Below are positions 43,249-54,201 of a stretch of DNA of 64,000 bases, in pieces. The stretch is from Pelagomonas calceolata (Eukaryota), in NCBI GenBank assembly GCA_918797485.1, contig CAKKNE010000001.1:620001-684000 (forward strand), written 5' to 3'. A program made the translations under genes and the position numbers. Each line of letters begins with the position of its first letter. Position 1 is the stretch's first letter. Below the pieces are notes generated by a model. The model saw nothing but the letters and a program-made list of their open reading frames with translations. It was not told the origin of the DNA and ran no database searches.

Positions 43249-43840
43249 TTATGTGAAGATGGCCAAATAAGCTAAACCCGCGAGTATCAGCGACGCCACC
43301 ACCCAGATGGACCATAACGCCGTTGTTCTATTCACGATCGACCGACTTGCCCGTTCTCCGCGGACGACGGTGCGTACGCGGAGCACCGGAAAGGCCCCAG
43401 ACCGGTGGTTTGTAAAATAAATTTGCGTGTCAGGCGCTTTAGTAGTGGGACGGGCAAGATAACCGGGCTGAGTGACTACTACATTGCTCCGAGACCCAAA
43501 GATGCTCGGCGCGGGTCGTCGGTCTCGCGAGCCCATCATCTGGCGTAAAGGGGCCACAATACCCAGACCTGCGGCCATCAGCGCGTGTACCATCACCATG
43601 GACCATAACGCGATCATTTGTTCCGTGACCGACCGACTTGCGCGAGGTCCAGATCAAGATGTTCACGTCCCGAGCGTGGGCAGCGCAAAGTACCCTTCTC
43701 GGCGTGTAGATGTCATATACTTGTAATTGACTATCGCTGGGGTAGTATGGGGTCCAACGAGACCGCTATTACGATTCTTGGGGGCCCTCGGGTAATTGGC
43801 GTTTTTGACGGGAACGGGGCGCCATCGGGCCCAAATTGCT
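43249..43840. repeat. Diverged tandem duplication, 291-bp period, in a compositionally atypical island
   Basis: ATGGACCATAACGC at 43307 and 43598, each followed by GACCGACTTGC at the same spacing. Confidence 0.75.
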
Positions 43841-44280
43841 CACTTTTTTCGGGTGCAGATCGGCTCCTGGAGGCCTCTCGGGGTAGGTCTGGTGGTGGGT
43901 AGTCGCCTGTACCGCATACGCCGTCGATGCGGCAGCCTAGAGCTCTCGGGGAGCTCTGGAAGCAAACCTTAGCCTAAAGATGGCTAAACCGAGTGCTCTG
44001 CTGAGAGAAATCGACCAAAAATGCTTGAAGCGACGGCGCGTGCGGTGTAGGCGCTTGCACGTGTATAGTACCGACCCTAGGCGACCCCAGGGAGACCTGT
44101 TTGGCAGGGATTGACAGGATTCCACAGGCGCGGCCGCCATAGACCGCAGGGCGCCCTCGGCCGCGAATTAAAAAAATTCCTTTTTCGGCCCCTAGTACGT
44201 GTCCCATTGGTCTCTTTGGACCATTAGCGAACTGAGCGATACTCAAATAGCTGCATGGCGTGGGTTTGTGCTCCGGCATT

Positions 44281-44304
44281 CTAGTGTCTTACATGCCGCT
44301 AGCT
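44281..44304 (-). promoter_or_regulatory. Paired-CTAG upstream motif (BEACH gene)
   Basis: Reverse complement AGCTAGCGGCATGTAAGACACTAG. Confidence 0.7.
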
Positions 44305-44466
44305 CGACTCGGCCGCGGCTTATTCGCATTTTTTGCCTCCTGTGGCGCGCTGAGCGAGCAGAAGGCGGGTTGGAGTCATCACACATATCTCTCGCGAACA
44401 TACGAGGCCGAAAACCGCTGGTCTAAGCGCTTGACAGCCGTAGCGGCAGGCCTGCGCATAGCAGCC

Positions 44467-47400
44467 ATGCAAGCCGCGCAGCACATCGCGCAGCAGTTCT
44501 CCGTGCTCGCCGTGCCGACGCGGCGGCGGGGCACGAGCCGTTTCTCGCTCTATCTCCTCGAGCACGGCGAGCTCTTCCTCTACGACTTCGGCGGCACGCT
44601 CGACGACGCGCGCGGCCGCCTGCGCTGCTGCAGCCGCTCGCTCGTGTTCGAGCCGGCCGACGCGCGCGCGCCTCTTCTAAAATTTCCGCTGAGGAATGTA
44701 GAACGCCTCGCGCACGATAATGACGGCGTCGCCTTCTCCACAACTTTATATTATGAGCTCCTCGCGAACAACATCGCCGCGCCCTTTGTGAAGCGGACGA
44801 CGTTCACCGAGAGGCGGTTCCGGCCGGACCACGCCGACCCGACGGAGTTGGTAAAGAAAATCGAGCGGATCCAAAAAATTGCCGAGCGAGTAGCGAAGGA
44901 GGGCCCGCACGTCGAGTTTGAGTTACTACAACCGGTCACCTCCCCATTAAAGACGGCGCGCTTCGACGCGTCGATGTTGGAAGATTTCGACGAGGACGTA
45001 AGAGGGCGCTTCGTCTGCGAGAGAATAGCACCGTTGACGAAGCTGCCGGGCGTCCTCGCCATTACTTCAAAACGAGTCTACTTCCAGCCCGCTCCCCTCA
45101 ACGACTGCGGCGACGGGCGCGTCACTTTATCATTGAATGACGTCGTCACGATAACGCCGGGCCGGCATTTGCTGAGGGATACGGCGCTGGAAATTAATGC
45201 AAGGAGAACCTTGTTAAGAATCGCCTTTTCATCGACGGAGGCGCGGGACGCGTGTCTGGACGTGCTGCCACAGCTTTCACCGCCCTCTTTAGTGGATGCG
45301 ACGCGGGCCTGGCAGCGGCGGGATCTAGATACCTTTTCCTATCTCGCAATCCTGAACCAGCTTTCAGGAAGGTCCGTGCACGACCTGAGCCAGTACCCGG
45401 TGTATCCGTGGGTCCTCGCCGACTACGCGTCTAGAACTCTTGATCTGGAGGACCCGTCGTCCTTTCGGGACCTCTCGAAGCCGGTCGGCGCGTTGAACGC
45501 GAAGCGCCTCGCGACGTTCCGGGAGCGATATAGGCACATGGCCGCGCCCCCTTTGCCAGTGGAGGCACCGAAGGACACGAGCTACGAGACCAAAATCAAA
45601 GAAGGTTTTTCTGGCTTGATCGCGCAGACGGCGTTCGGCCGTAAATTAGTACAACAACCGTCAAAGCCGCCGCCGCCACCTCCAGTGGAACAGAGAGATG
45701 AGGATGCCCCATTCTTGTACGGCACGCACTACAGCACGCCGGGCTACGTCCTCTTCTTTTTGGTGAGAGTGATACCGGAGTTCATGCTCTGTTTGCAGAA
45801 CGGGAAGTTTGATGCGCCGGATCGGATGTTCGATTCGGTCCAGGATGCTTTTGATAGTGTTTGTAATGCCCCAACAGATGTGAAGGAACTGGTTCCCGAG
45901 TTTTATAGTGGAGACGGGTCCTTCCTGAAGAATGATAGGAATATACCCCTCGGAAGCACGCAGTCCGGACGACGATTACATGATGTGACACTGCCGCCGT
46001 GGTGCGCCTCGCCGGCAGATTTTGTCAAGAGACATAGGGAAGCCTTGGAGAGCGATTATGTCAGTCAGCGCATCCATTTGTGGATCGACCTGATTTTCGG
46101 TCGGAAACAACGATCTATTGAAGATGACAACGTGTTCCATCCGCTCACGTACGAAGGTATCGATTTGAATAGTGTTGGTGATCCGCGACGGCGCGCGGCC
46201 TTTTCATTACAGATCGACGAGTTCGGCCAGACGCCGCGGAGGCTCTTTGGGGAGGCGCATCCACCTAGGGACGGGCCCCTTGCAGTGGACGTGAAGCCGC
46301 CTCCGGTGAAGAAGCCTCCTCCCGTCGTGAAGCGGGCGCCGACGTTGGCGCCGACTCCAGTGAAGAAGGCGGCCCCAAAACCAGTGATGAAGCCCGCGCC
46401 GCCGCCGGCACCCGTCCGGTCTCCGACCGCGTTTTTAACGAAAGCGCCGGCCCCTTCCCTGAAATTGAGACCCTTCCCGCGGGCCTCCGTCGATCGAAGG
46501 CGGCCGCGGCTCCCGACGAAACCCATCAAACTCGCCCTGAAGAAGACGGCGCGGCCCCACCGCGACGCGCCGACGGACGTGTCTTCTGCTGCGGGTAAAA
46601 TAGCGACGGCGGCGCGCGACGGCACGCTCCGCGTTTCCAGATTAAGGGACGACGGCGCCCTCGTCAGCGTGAGGCAGCTCGTCGCGGCGTCCAAGAAAGC
46701 GCTGACAGCTTCGCAACTCACGGACGACGGAAATTGTGTGATCTGCTGCGGCTGGGACTGCGCTATTTCTGTATATGACGCGGCCACCGGTTCCCTACTG
46801 AGGCGCTTGGACGACGCGCACGACGCGGCCGTCGCCTGTGGACGCCTGCGAGGTTCTGTGTTTTGTACGGGTGCCTGGGACGCGACCGTCAAACTGTGGT
46901 CCGTGTCCGATTTGTGCGGTGACGGTGAGTGCGGCCCGTTCCTCGAATTAGTCGACCACGAGGCACCCGTGACCTGCATTGCGTTATCGTCGAACGCGTC
47001 GCTCGTCGTAGCGGGCGCCGACGACGGCGCGCTCCTGGTCTGGGACGCGCGGCCGGCGTCGAAAATAGATCGTGCGCCCGTCGGCGACGCTATTATATCA
47101 ATCGCGGCGCCGGTCGTCTGTGTTGATATATGCAGCGACCGCATCCTCGCGGCGGCCGAGGACGGTCTCATGAAAGAAGTTGCCTTGGATGGCGGCGAGC
47201 TGCGGCGCTTCGATTTATCAGGAGAGCCGCGGTGCCTCGTCGCGGCCGAGGCGGCGCGCGGCGCGTTGTATCTTGTCGCGGGCCGCGCCGACGGGTCGCT
47301 CGCGCTGGTCGCGTGGGATGAACATGAGGCGCCCGAGGAGCGCTACGTTGTTGAAAAGGCGCACGGCGCGGCTTTATCAGCAGTGACCGTGGCCGAGGGC

Positions 47401-47484
47401 GGTGCGCTCGTGTCCTGCGCCGACGACTGCTCGGCGGCGACGTGGGACTTTGTTTCTGACGACGTGGACGGCGTCGCCGTGTGA
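44467..47484 (+). CDS. BEACH-domain protein, FAN/NSMAF-like (PH/GRAM-BEACH-WD40)
   Basis: RFSLYLLEHGE, GRSVHDLSQYPVYPWV, YGTHYSTPG, DVKELVPEFY, FGQTP, WD40 repeats. Confidence 0.9.
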   Translation: MQAAQHIAQQFSVLAVPTRRRGTSRFSLYLLEHGELFLYDFGGTLDDARGRLRCCSRSLVFEPADARAPLLKFPLRNVERLAHDNDGVAFSTTLYYELLANNIAAPFVKRTTFTERRFRPDHADPTELVKKIERIQKIAERVAKEGPHVEFELLQPVTSPLKTARFDASMLEDFDEDVRGRFVCERIAPLTKLPGVLAITSKRVYFQPAPLNDCGDGRVTLSLNDVVTITPGRHLLRDTALEINARRTLLRIAFSSTEARDACLDVLPQLSPPSLVDATRAWQRRDLDTFSYLAILNQLSGRSVHDLSQYPVYPWVLADYASRTLDLEDPSSFRDLSKPVGALNAKRLATFRERYRHMAAPPLPVEAPKDTSYETKIKEGFSGLIAQTAFGRKLVQQPSKPPPPPPVEQRDEDAPFLYGTHYSTPGYVLFFLVRVIPEFMLCLQNGKFDAPDRMFDSVQDAFDSVCNAPTDVKELVPEFYSGDGSFLKNDRNIPLGSTQSGRRLHDVTLPPWCASPADFVKRHREALESDYVSQRIHLWIDLIFGRKQRSIEDDNVFHPLTYEGIDLNSVGDPRRRAAFSLQIDEFGQTPRRLFGEAHPPRDGPLAVDVKPPPVKKPPPVVKRAPTLAPTPVKKAAPKPVMKPAPPPAPVRSPTAFLTKAPAPSLKLRPFPRASVDRRRPRLPTKPIKLALKKTARPHRDAPTDVSSAAGKIATAARDGTLRVSRLRDDGALVSVRQLVAASKKALTASQLTDDGNCVICCGWDCAISVYDAATGSLLRRLDDAHDAAVACGRLRGSVFCTGAWDATVKLWSVSDLCGDGECGPFLELVDHEAPVTCIALSSNASLVVAGADDGALLVWDARPASKIDRAPVGDAIISIAAPVVCVDICSDRILAAAEDGLMKEVALDGGELRRFDLSGEPRCLVAAEAARGALYLVAGRADGSLALVAWDEHEAPEERYVVEKAHGAALSAVTVAEGGALVSCADDCSAATWDFVSDDVDGVAV

Positions 47485-47500
47485 TAGTAATTTAACTGTT

Positions 47501-48547
47501 TTAGTCTTTACCCAGGTATCCCGACACGTCCCGATACATCGCCGGCGCCGCGCCGTCCTCCTCCGTTATTTTTTTGAACGACGCGTCGTAGAGCGCCGCG
47601 CAGGACGCGTCCAGAGCTTTCGAAAACGTCGCGTCGTCCATATCTCTAGAAAGCCCCTCCGTTAAAGCGCGAGAAAAGGACGCAATCACCCCACTCTGGC
47701 GCTTGAGTCGCGCACACGCCTCGGCGCGGTCAAAGCCGCCGGACAAGGCCAGCACCCGGACCACATTAGGATGCGCGACACAAGAGGCATACAAGTCGTC
47801 GATGTCCGGCAGCGTCAGTTTGAGCATGATGAGCTCGCCCGGTTGCAACAGATGCAATTCCGCGTGCAAGGCATTGAGCAGAATCTCCTCGGCGTGGCCC
47901 TTGTCCCCAATGAACGCGTCGACCTCGGGCTCGACGATCGGGACCAAGCCGCACCGACAGATGCGCTTCGCGAGCGCAAACTGCTGCTTCACGACGCTCT
48001 TGATGCCCTCTTCATTGGCTGCTCCAATCCTACTCCGCATCTTCGTGCCCGCGATTCCTAGGAGTTTTGCCCTTGCTAAAGTCTTCTCGAGCCCTGGAAT
48101 CTCCTTCATCACCTGGCAGCCGTCCCTTTCCGCCTCCAAACCCTTGTCGCACTTGAGCAGGGGCACGATTCGCTTCGACCAGAGGTACGCCGGCGCGGGC
48201 CTTCCTTCAAATTTGCGGTCCATCGTATCTTCGAAAAGGATCGCGCCGACGCACCGCTCGTCCAAGCCGGTCGCGACGCGCTCGCGCATTTGGTGCACGA
48301 GGTCGAACATCTCGGTTTCATCATTATAAGCGCTCTCGGGGACGCCGTAGGCTTCCAACGCGCCGGGCGTCGAGCCGCCGCTCTGGTCGAGGGCCGCGAC
48401 GAAGCCCTCGCCGCTTCGGAGTCGCTCGAGCATGTCGCTTTGGGACGCGGCGCCGCCGCGGACACTGATGCCGCCGCGGTACCGCATCTCTGCTGGCCTC
48501 GCGCCGGCGCTGGCAAGGAGAGCAGCAGCCACTGCAAATGCAATCAT
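47501..48547 (-). CDS. Class I fructose-bisphosphate aldolase (bacterial-like subtype) with signal peptide
   Basis: AALDQSGGSTPGAL, GTKMRS, PIVEPEV, MLKLTLP, ALSGG, ASFSRAL. Confidence 0.92.
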   Translation of the reverse strand: MIAFAVAAALLASAGARPAEMRYRGGISVRGGAASQSDMLERLRSGEGFVAALDQSGGSTPGALEAYGVPESAYNDETEMFDLVHQMRERVATGLDERCVGAILFEDTMDRKFEGRPAPAYLWSKRIVPLLKCDKGLEAERDGCQVMKEIPGLEKTLARAKLLGIAGTKMRSRIGAANEEGIKSVVKQQFALAKRICRCGLVPIVEPEVDAFIGDKGHAEEILLNALHAELHLLQPGELIMLKLTLPDIDDLYASCVAHPNVVRVLALSGGFDRAEACARLKRQSGVIASFSRALTEGLSRDMDDATFSKALDASCAALYDASFKKITEEDGAAPAMYRDVSGYLGKD

Positions 48548-48775
48548 GGCTTGGAATGGCTGCGTTTTCTGTGTGGCACTTGGACAGTCGTGCAGTCAAG
48601 TCAATCAGACGAGTCCGAACCGATGCGTAACTGCAGCAGCGCTGCCTGCTTGGCTGCGTTTACCTCGCCTGCAGCCTCCCAAGCTTGGCTTGGACCATCC
48701 GGGCGGGAGGCGAGGCGCGCGCTGCAGTTCGTGTATGACCTTAGACACGTATCCAAGGGCGGAACCCTCGGGTAA

Positions 48776-48799
48776 AGCTAGCGGCTGTAAGACACTAGC
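48776..48799 (+). promoter_or_regulatory. Paired-CTAG upstream motif (divergent promoter)
   Basis: AGCTAGCGGCTGTAAGACACTAGC. Confidence 0.7.
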
Positions 48800-48952
48800 T
48801 TTCAAACCAGTCTCAAACGGCAGGGCAAAATCAGTGCCACGCGAGCTCCGCACACCTGTGCAAGTTCGCGTATACGGGCACTGACAGCCTCGCCGCAGCA
48901 AGGAGCCGCGCGCGCTGCGCCAACAAACACCAAGACGACAAAAGCAGCGGCC

Positions 48953-50608
48953 ATGGATCCAGCAACCAACGATGCGCCGCCCGCGAGCCCCGCAACAACA
49001 ATTCAGTTAGAGGGCGCCCGGCGCCGCCTGATAACAGCCCACGGCCAGCGCGTCTCATTAGAACTCGCGCCGACGTCCGTGGCTATAGCAAGGACGGGCG
49101 CGTTCGCGTTAATTGGATGCACGGACGGCTCGATCCGACTATGCGCCATGGGCAGTAAACTGCCCCCGGCGAACCTCGGCCAGTTAGTAAGCCGGGGCAT
49201 GAACAACACGCTGCTCGTGACCGTAGCGATCACGGAGGACTGCCGGACCGCATTTGCCGGAGCGCAAAAAGGAGCCACGGAAGTGCTGGCCTGGACCTTC
49301 GGCGCGTTTCCTGCGAATGCGTCTCCACTACAGATCGTATCCACCACAATTCAGGAGTCGCAATCGGAAGCTAAATTACGAGGCTTCGTGAGCTGTAGTC
49401 GGAAAGGCGCCGACGACTATAGGCTCCTGTGTGGGCGGGGCATCAAGAGCGCCCACGTCTGGAAAGTGTGTCGAGCGACGCCGGGGGCGGCTTTAGACTG
49501 GTCTTTACTGTATGAACTACCGACGCAATCGTGCGGCTCGTTAGTGACCGGCGGTTTCCTCGACGCGGCGTGTGCGGTCTGGGCCAAGGCCGAGCAGGGT
49601 ACGATCAGGTTGTGGCGCATCGATGGGGATGACAAACCTCATGAGGATCTGCGGCACGCGCGGACGGCGCTGGGCGTCGTGGCGGTTGCTTCGACGGAAG
49701 GTGGTGTTTGTGGCGCGCCTTCGGTATGTAGTCGTAATATTGTGACGGTGGGCGGCGCAACTTTAATAGAAGTTGCGGCGCCGGACGGTTCCATGAGGGC
49801 GCCGCTCGCGCCGCCCCCGAAGCCGGGGGCCGGCCGACGGTGCGCGCCGCGGACGGTCGCGTCGGTCGGGTGCGGCGTCGGGTCGGCGGCCGTAGCGTTT
49901 GCGGACGGCGCCGTGGCCTGGTACGACGGCGATTCTCACAGACTGCTGGAGGTCGACGCGACTTCCGGGGCGCCGGCGCACGTGGCCTGCGTCGCCGTCC
50001 CGCTGGGCGGGGCCTTGGTGGGCGCCTGCCACTGGGACGTGAAGAACAGGGAGGGCTGGGTCTCGTTCTTCGTGCCCGAGAAGATTGAGCGAGCAGCGAC
50101 GGCGGAGGAGGTCTCCGCGTCTGCGCTCTGGCCGGCGTTTGTCGAGGCACCGCCGAAGCCACAAAAGCGCAAGTCCTCCACAAAAGTGACGCCGCGCGGC
50201 GCCAAGCAGTCCATGCCGTCGCCGGGCGTCCCCGTCGTCACGACGCAGCGCAAGCGGCCGCGCGAGCAGAACCCGCAGACGCCCGTGGAAGTCGCCTTCG
50301 ATGCTTCATCAGATGACGAGTCCGTCGAGCACCCGCTGAACGCGGCAGCACCATTACGTGTCCCGTACGAGGCCCTGCCGCCGCCGGGCCACGCGCTGCG
50401 GTTGGTGACGGCGTCGGCGCGGCGCGCGAACGTACAACCGCCGACGTGGCACTACGCGTCGCGCGACGAGCGCGAGCGGGCGACGCTAGAAAGATTGCGT
50501 CAGCTGCCGCCGGGCAACGAGGACGTCGTCGACGCGACGCTCGGGCGTTTGCGGCTCGAGCGGCAGGTCGCCGAGGCGCTCGCGGCGATCGGCATGCAGC
50601 AGCCCTGA
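48953..50608 (+). CDS. WD40/beta-propeller-like protein
   Basis: IGCTDGSIRL and GTIRLWRID repeats; basic disordered tail. Confidence 0.7.
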   Translation: MDPATNDAPPASPATTIQLEGARRRLITAHGQRVSLELAPTSVAIARTGAFALIGCTDGSIRLCAMGSKLPPANLGQLVSRGMNNTLLVTVAITEDCRTAFAGAQKGATEVLAWTFGAFPANASPLQIVSTTIQESQSEAKLRGFVSCSRKGADDYRLLCGRGIKSAHVWKVCRATPGAALDWSLLYELPTQSCGSLVTGGFLDAACAVWAKAEQGTIRLWRIDGDDKPHEDLRHARTALGVVAVASTEGGVCGAPSVCSRNIVTVGGATLIEVAAPDGSMRAPLAPPPKPGAGRRCAPRTVASVGCGVGSAAVAFADGAVAWYDGDSHRLLEVDATSGAPAHVACVAVPLGGALVGACHWDVKNREGWVSFFVPEKIERAATAEEVSASALWPAFVEAPPKPQKRKSSTKVTPRGAKQSMPSPGVPVVTTQRKRPREQNPQTPVEVAFDASSDDESVEHPLNAAAPLRVPYEALPPPGHALRLVTASARRANVQPPTWHYASRDERERATLERLRQLPPGNEDVVDATLGRLRLERQVAEALAAIGMQQP

Positions 50609-50731
50609 GCTAATTATATCTTTAAAACGTTAGATCGCGGTCGACGACGAATCGAACGAAATACCGTCGCGGTCGCGTCCGTGGAAGGACGGTCATCAGG
50701 CAACAGTGAACCGCACAGCAGACCCCTAGCC

Positions 50732-53609
50732 TCAGCCCCGCCGAAACCCGCCAAAAGGAAAGCCGCCGCCGCGGTACTGCTGCTGCTGCTTCTGCATCTC
50801 CAGTTGCTGCTCGATCTCCTCCCGATCATACCCCTGGTCCCACAACCTTTTTCGTTGAGCGTCCGTCAAAAACTCGTACGCGTCATTGATCTTCTGGAAC
50901 TGCTCTTCCGCCTCCTTCTGCTGCTTCTCGCCCTTGCAGGAGAAGCGGTCGGGGTGCCACCGCATGGCCGCTTTTTTGTAGGCCTTTTTTATCGCGCTTT
51001 CGTCCGAGTGCTCGTCGAGGTCCGGGCCAATCAACTTATATAAATCAGGTCTTTGCGCTTTTTTCAGGAGTCGTTGGGCGGTCTTGAACTTTTGAACGAG
51101 ATCCCTATCCGACTTACCGTCGGGTAACGTGTTTAGCGCCGTCTCGAGCAAATCGACCGCGTCGCCATAGCGATGCATGCCCTGCAACGCTTCACTTCCC
51201 AACAAATACGCCGTCTTTAGAGGGGATGGAGCGTGATACAACGCTGCCGACGAGTCGGCGTGGACGCGCCGCCAGTGCGGCAACGCTTTGTCTTGGCGCT
51301 GGTCTCTATCGCCGTTACTCCTCAGCACCTTCAAGGCGAGGAGCTGGTGGCACTTCGCCCTCCTGACATGCATGGCCGCCGTGAGCTTCTTGTCCGATGG
51401 ATCTACTTTTAAGCCTTCGGACGCGGCTTGACTGGCCTTGTCATATTCACCTCGCCTCACGAGACTCTCAATATCAGACTTGATCCGCTCCGCGTCCTTC
51501 GTCGACCGTCTTAAATGCTTCAGTCGCGTCTTGATGTCCGAATTGTCCGGATCCAATTGCAAGCAAGCCGCTAGATGTTGCTCGGCTCGACTGCGATCAC
51601 CTTGGGCTAGTAGAGCGTCGGCCCGCACGCCGTGGGCTTCCACCAAGCTTTTACCGCGTAATTTCTTCGTCGCCAAGGCACTCAACGCTTCTCTACTCCC
51701 GTCGGCGTACTCCTTCAAATGGACCTGCGCGTGTCGCGGTTCGGCGGTCGCGCGGCGGCGAGAGACGGTCGACGCGCGTCGTGTCCACCTCATGATGAAG
51801 TGGGTGGTCTCTTTGTCGATTTCGAGCCGTTTCGAGGCGAGACGGAACTTCATTGTGCGATGGCCACGAGTCGCGTCGACGGCGTGGGGACGCCGAGATC
51901 GCACGTGGCAGGCCGCGAGCTTGACCCTCGCGTCGGCGTCGTCGGTCACGTTATAATCATCCCTAAGCTTCACGAAGCATCGTTTCGCCCGCGAGTACTC
52001 CTCGCCCTCGTAGGCTTCGGTGGCTTGCTTTTGTGTACTTTGGCACTGTTCCAACTGATTCCGTTTCTCTGTTAATGAAGGGTCGTCCTGTATCACTGAC
52101 AAAGCCTCGTCGATCCGCCCCAGCCGTTGCAACGACGACGAGAGACGCGCGGCGACCTTGCTCCGCTGGGACACGAGGCGCTTCCTTTCATCATCATCAG
52201 CCTTCGGAAGCTGCTCCGCAATCACTGAAGAAGCCTTCCGGCAGTCGTCGACCGCCCGCTCCGCTTGGTCGACCATGAGCCAGCAGGCCGCGCGGTTCGC
52301 GAGGACCGCATCCGCTTCGGCGCAATCAGTAGCGAGGCACTTCGTATATAACGAGAGTGCCTCCTTGTACAGGCCGCGCTTATACGCCGACGTCGCCGCG
52401 TCTCTCAGCTGTCGCGACTGCTGTCGCGGCGGCGCGGCCGGCGGTCTTACGGTGCGTAATTCCTGCAGCAGTTTTTCGAGCGCCGACACGTCCGCGGGAC
52501 CTGCGTGTGATATATATCGAGTCGCGATCTCGTCTGATGGAGGCGAATTCATGAAGATGGCGCATGATCTCGGAAAGGCCCCGGGACGCCGCGATCGGAC
52601 CGTCCTCGATGCCCTCCTCGAGCACTTCACAAGCCTCTAACTTGCGGTCGAGTCTCACGAGCGACCGCGCGAGATGCAGGTGGCCCTTCGCGAAGTCCGG
52701 TTTCAATTCAATAACTCTACGGGCATCGTCCGCGGCGCGCTCCCACCTCGACAGCGCTTGCAGACAGGCCGACCGGTTCGAGAGATAGACGTGTCGTTGG
52801 CCGTCCGTCAACTCGACAGCTAAAGTGTACAACGCCAGCGCCTCCGGGAACTTCTTCCGTTGGAACAACGCGTTGGCTGATGCTTTGGCTGCTTCGGGTA
52901 TCGTATCGGTACCTAGTACCTGTAACTCTTCACTAGACTCTAGGACATCGTCCGGCGCGTTCCCCAGGGCCTGGGCGGCCTGTTGCACGTCGCCTTGTTC
53001 GAGTAACGCAGTGACGAGTAAAGAGTGAGCTTCGGACGCCTGGACGTCGAGGCGCGCCGCCCTCCGCGCATCACTAATACACGCCGGCCAGTCTTTGAGT
53101 TGCGACGCTGATCTAGCTTTGCCTAGTAACGACTCGACGTCGTCCGGCGCGAAGCCCAGAGCCGCGGCGTACGCGGCATACGCGGCGTCATATTGTTGAG
53201 AAGCATACGCGTCATCACCAGCTTCTCGCCTTTTAACACAAGCGCCTTGCACGGCGTCCTTCAATTCTAGAGAGGCGTGCTCGATGGCCTGCTCGAGCTT
53301 CTCGCAGCGATCTAACAATGATTTTTTCTCGGAAGGCGGTTTTTGACTGGAGTCGATCTGCGCCGTGAGCTTCGCTTGGGCCCCGAAGAGTTTTGACAAA
53401 GCGTCCCGGGCCTTCGCTAATGTGGTGCGCGACGCGTCGCTCGAGATGTGTGTGGCGCAGGCGGCCATGGCCTCTTCTAGGGCGCTACAACTTCCTTCGA
53501 GGTCGTGGCCGTTGGTCTTGCGGTAGGCGGCGGCGGGGCTCGTCTTCGTGGTGGAGCCATTCGTGGGTGTCGTGGCGCCGTCGCTGCCGGTCTCGGTCTC
53601 GGCAGACAT
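50732..53609 (-). CDS. TPR-repeat DnaJ co-chaperone (DNAJC7-like); introns 52501-52600 and 51725-51904
   Basis: Many TPRs (SNRSAC, ANRAAC); C-terminal J domain IKKAYKKAAMRWHPD. Confidence 0.9.
51725..51904 (-). mobile_element. Introner family B intron (DnaJ); 180 bp, stop-free, read through in the ORF track
   Basis: CGCCTCGAAACGGCTCGAAATCGACAAAGAGACCACCCAC nearly identical to 63931-63970. Confidence 0.78.
52501..52600 (-). mobile_element. Introner family B intron (DnaJ)
   Basis: GCCATCTTCATGAAT..CTCCATCAGA block; removal resolves the frameshift between two ORFs. Confidence 0.72.
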
Positions 53610-54065
53610 CGTGCTGGCCCTCCTCTCCGAGCTCCCAGGGGCGCCTCGGCGGCTCAGCGGTGCCGAAAACGAGCTGGACTGCTTGATGGGCTGGCTCAGG
53701 GATCCGAAAGCAACACAGATACCCTCGAGGCCACAGCTACGCTGAGCCAACGCGATACAAATCGAGGGATGTCTTAGCCGACTAGTATGTCTAGCATCTA
53801 GAGCGCTGAAGTTTTTCACGCGTTCATCGAGTATCAAGGCCGCGAAAAGACTGCTGGCAGGCGTTAGGAGGAGTTTGCTTGCACTCTTTTTGCCTGCTTT
53901 TTGCAGGCTGCCTCGGAGCAAAAAGAGGCGGGAGTGCAGTGAAGAACACAATTCGCATTCGTTTTCAATTGTTTTCGAAGCGTCACATCCAGCAGCAATC
54001 GCGCCCTGACTCGTTTTGCCCTTTCCCGCTCTGCACAGCACAAGAGCACCCCAGCAGCAGCAGGG

Positions 54066-54194
54066 CTCAGAGCTCTCGCATAACTCATCGCACAACTCAT
54101 CAGTCGAGCTAAAAGCACAGCTCAGAGCTCCCGCACAACTCATCAGTCGAGCGAATAGCAGAGCTCAGAGCTCGCGCACAACGCATCAGCCGAG
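54066..54194. repeat. ~43-bp imperfect tandem repeat (x3) upstream of the RidA gene
   Basis: ctcagagctcNcgcacaactcatcagtcgagc repeated. Confidence 0.85.
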
Positions 54195-54201
54195 CCAAGA
54201 A

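Noticed and set aside
43386..43560. RNase MRP-like P4 pairing (GAAAGGCCCC / GGGGCC) or telomerase RNA template (CTAAACCC at 43272)
   Set aside because: No bulged U or GARAR loop for MRP, and the template is too short; cannot be supported without a covariance search
43271..43726. Plus-strand 'DRLAR' twice, resembling a serine recombinase motif
   Set aside because: Short frames bounded by stops, no catalytic YxRxS motif; the minus-strand reading explains the repeat at least as well
52380..52630. Apparent programmed frameshifts or pseudogenisation in DnaJ, TOP2, PI3K and dynein
   Set aside because: Each frame change is resolved by a GT/GC-AG intron
54066..54194. CRISPR-like appearance of the short repeats here and at 2065-2175
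   Set aside because: No unique spacers, no cas genes, eukaryotic context; these are simple tandem repeats
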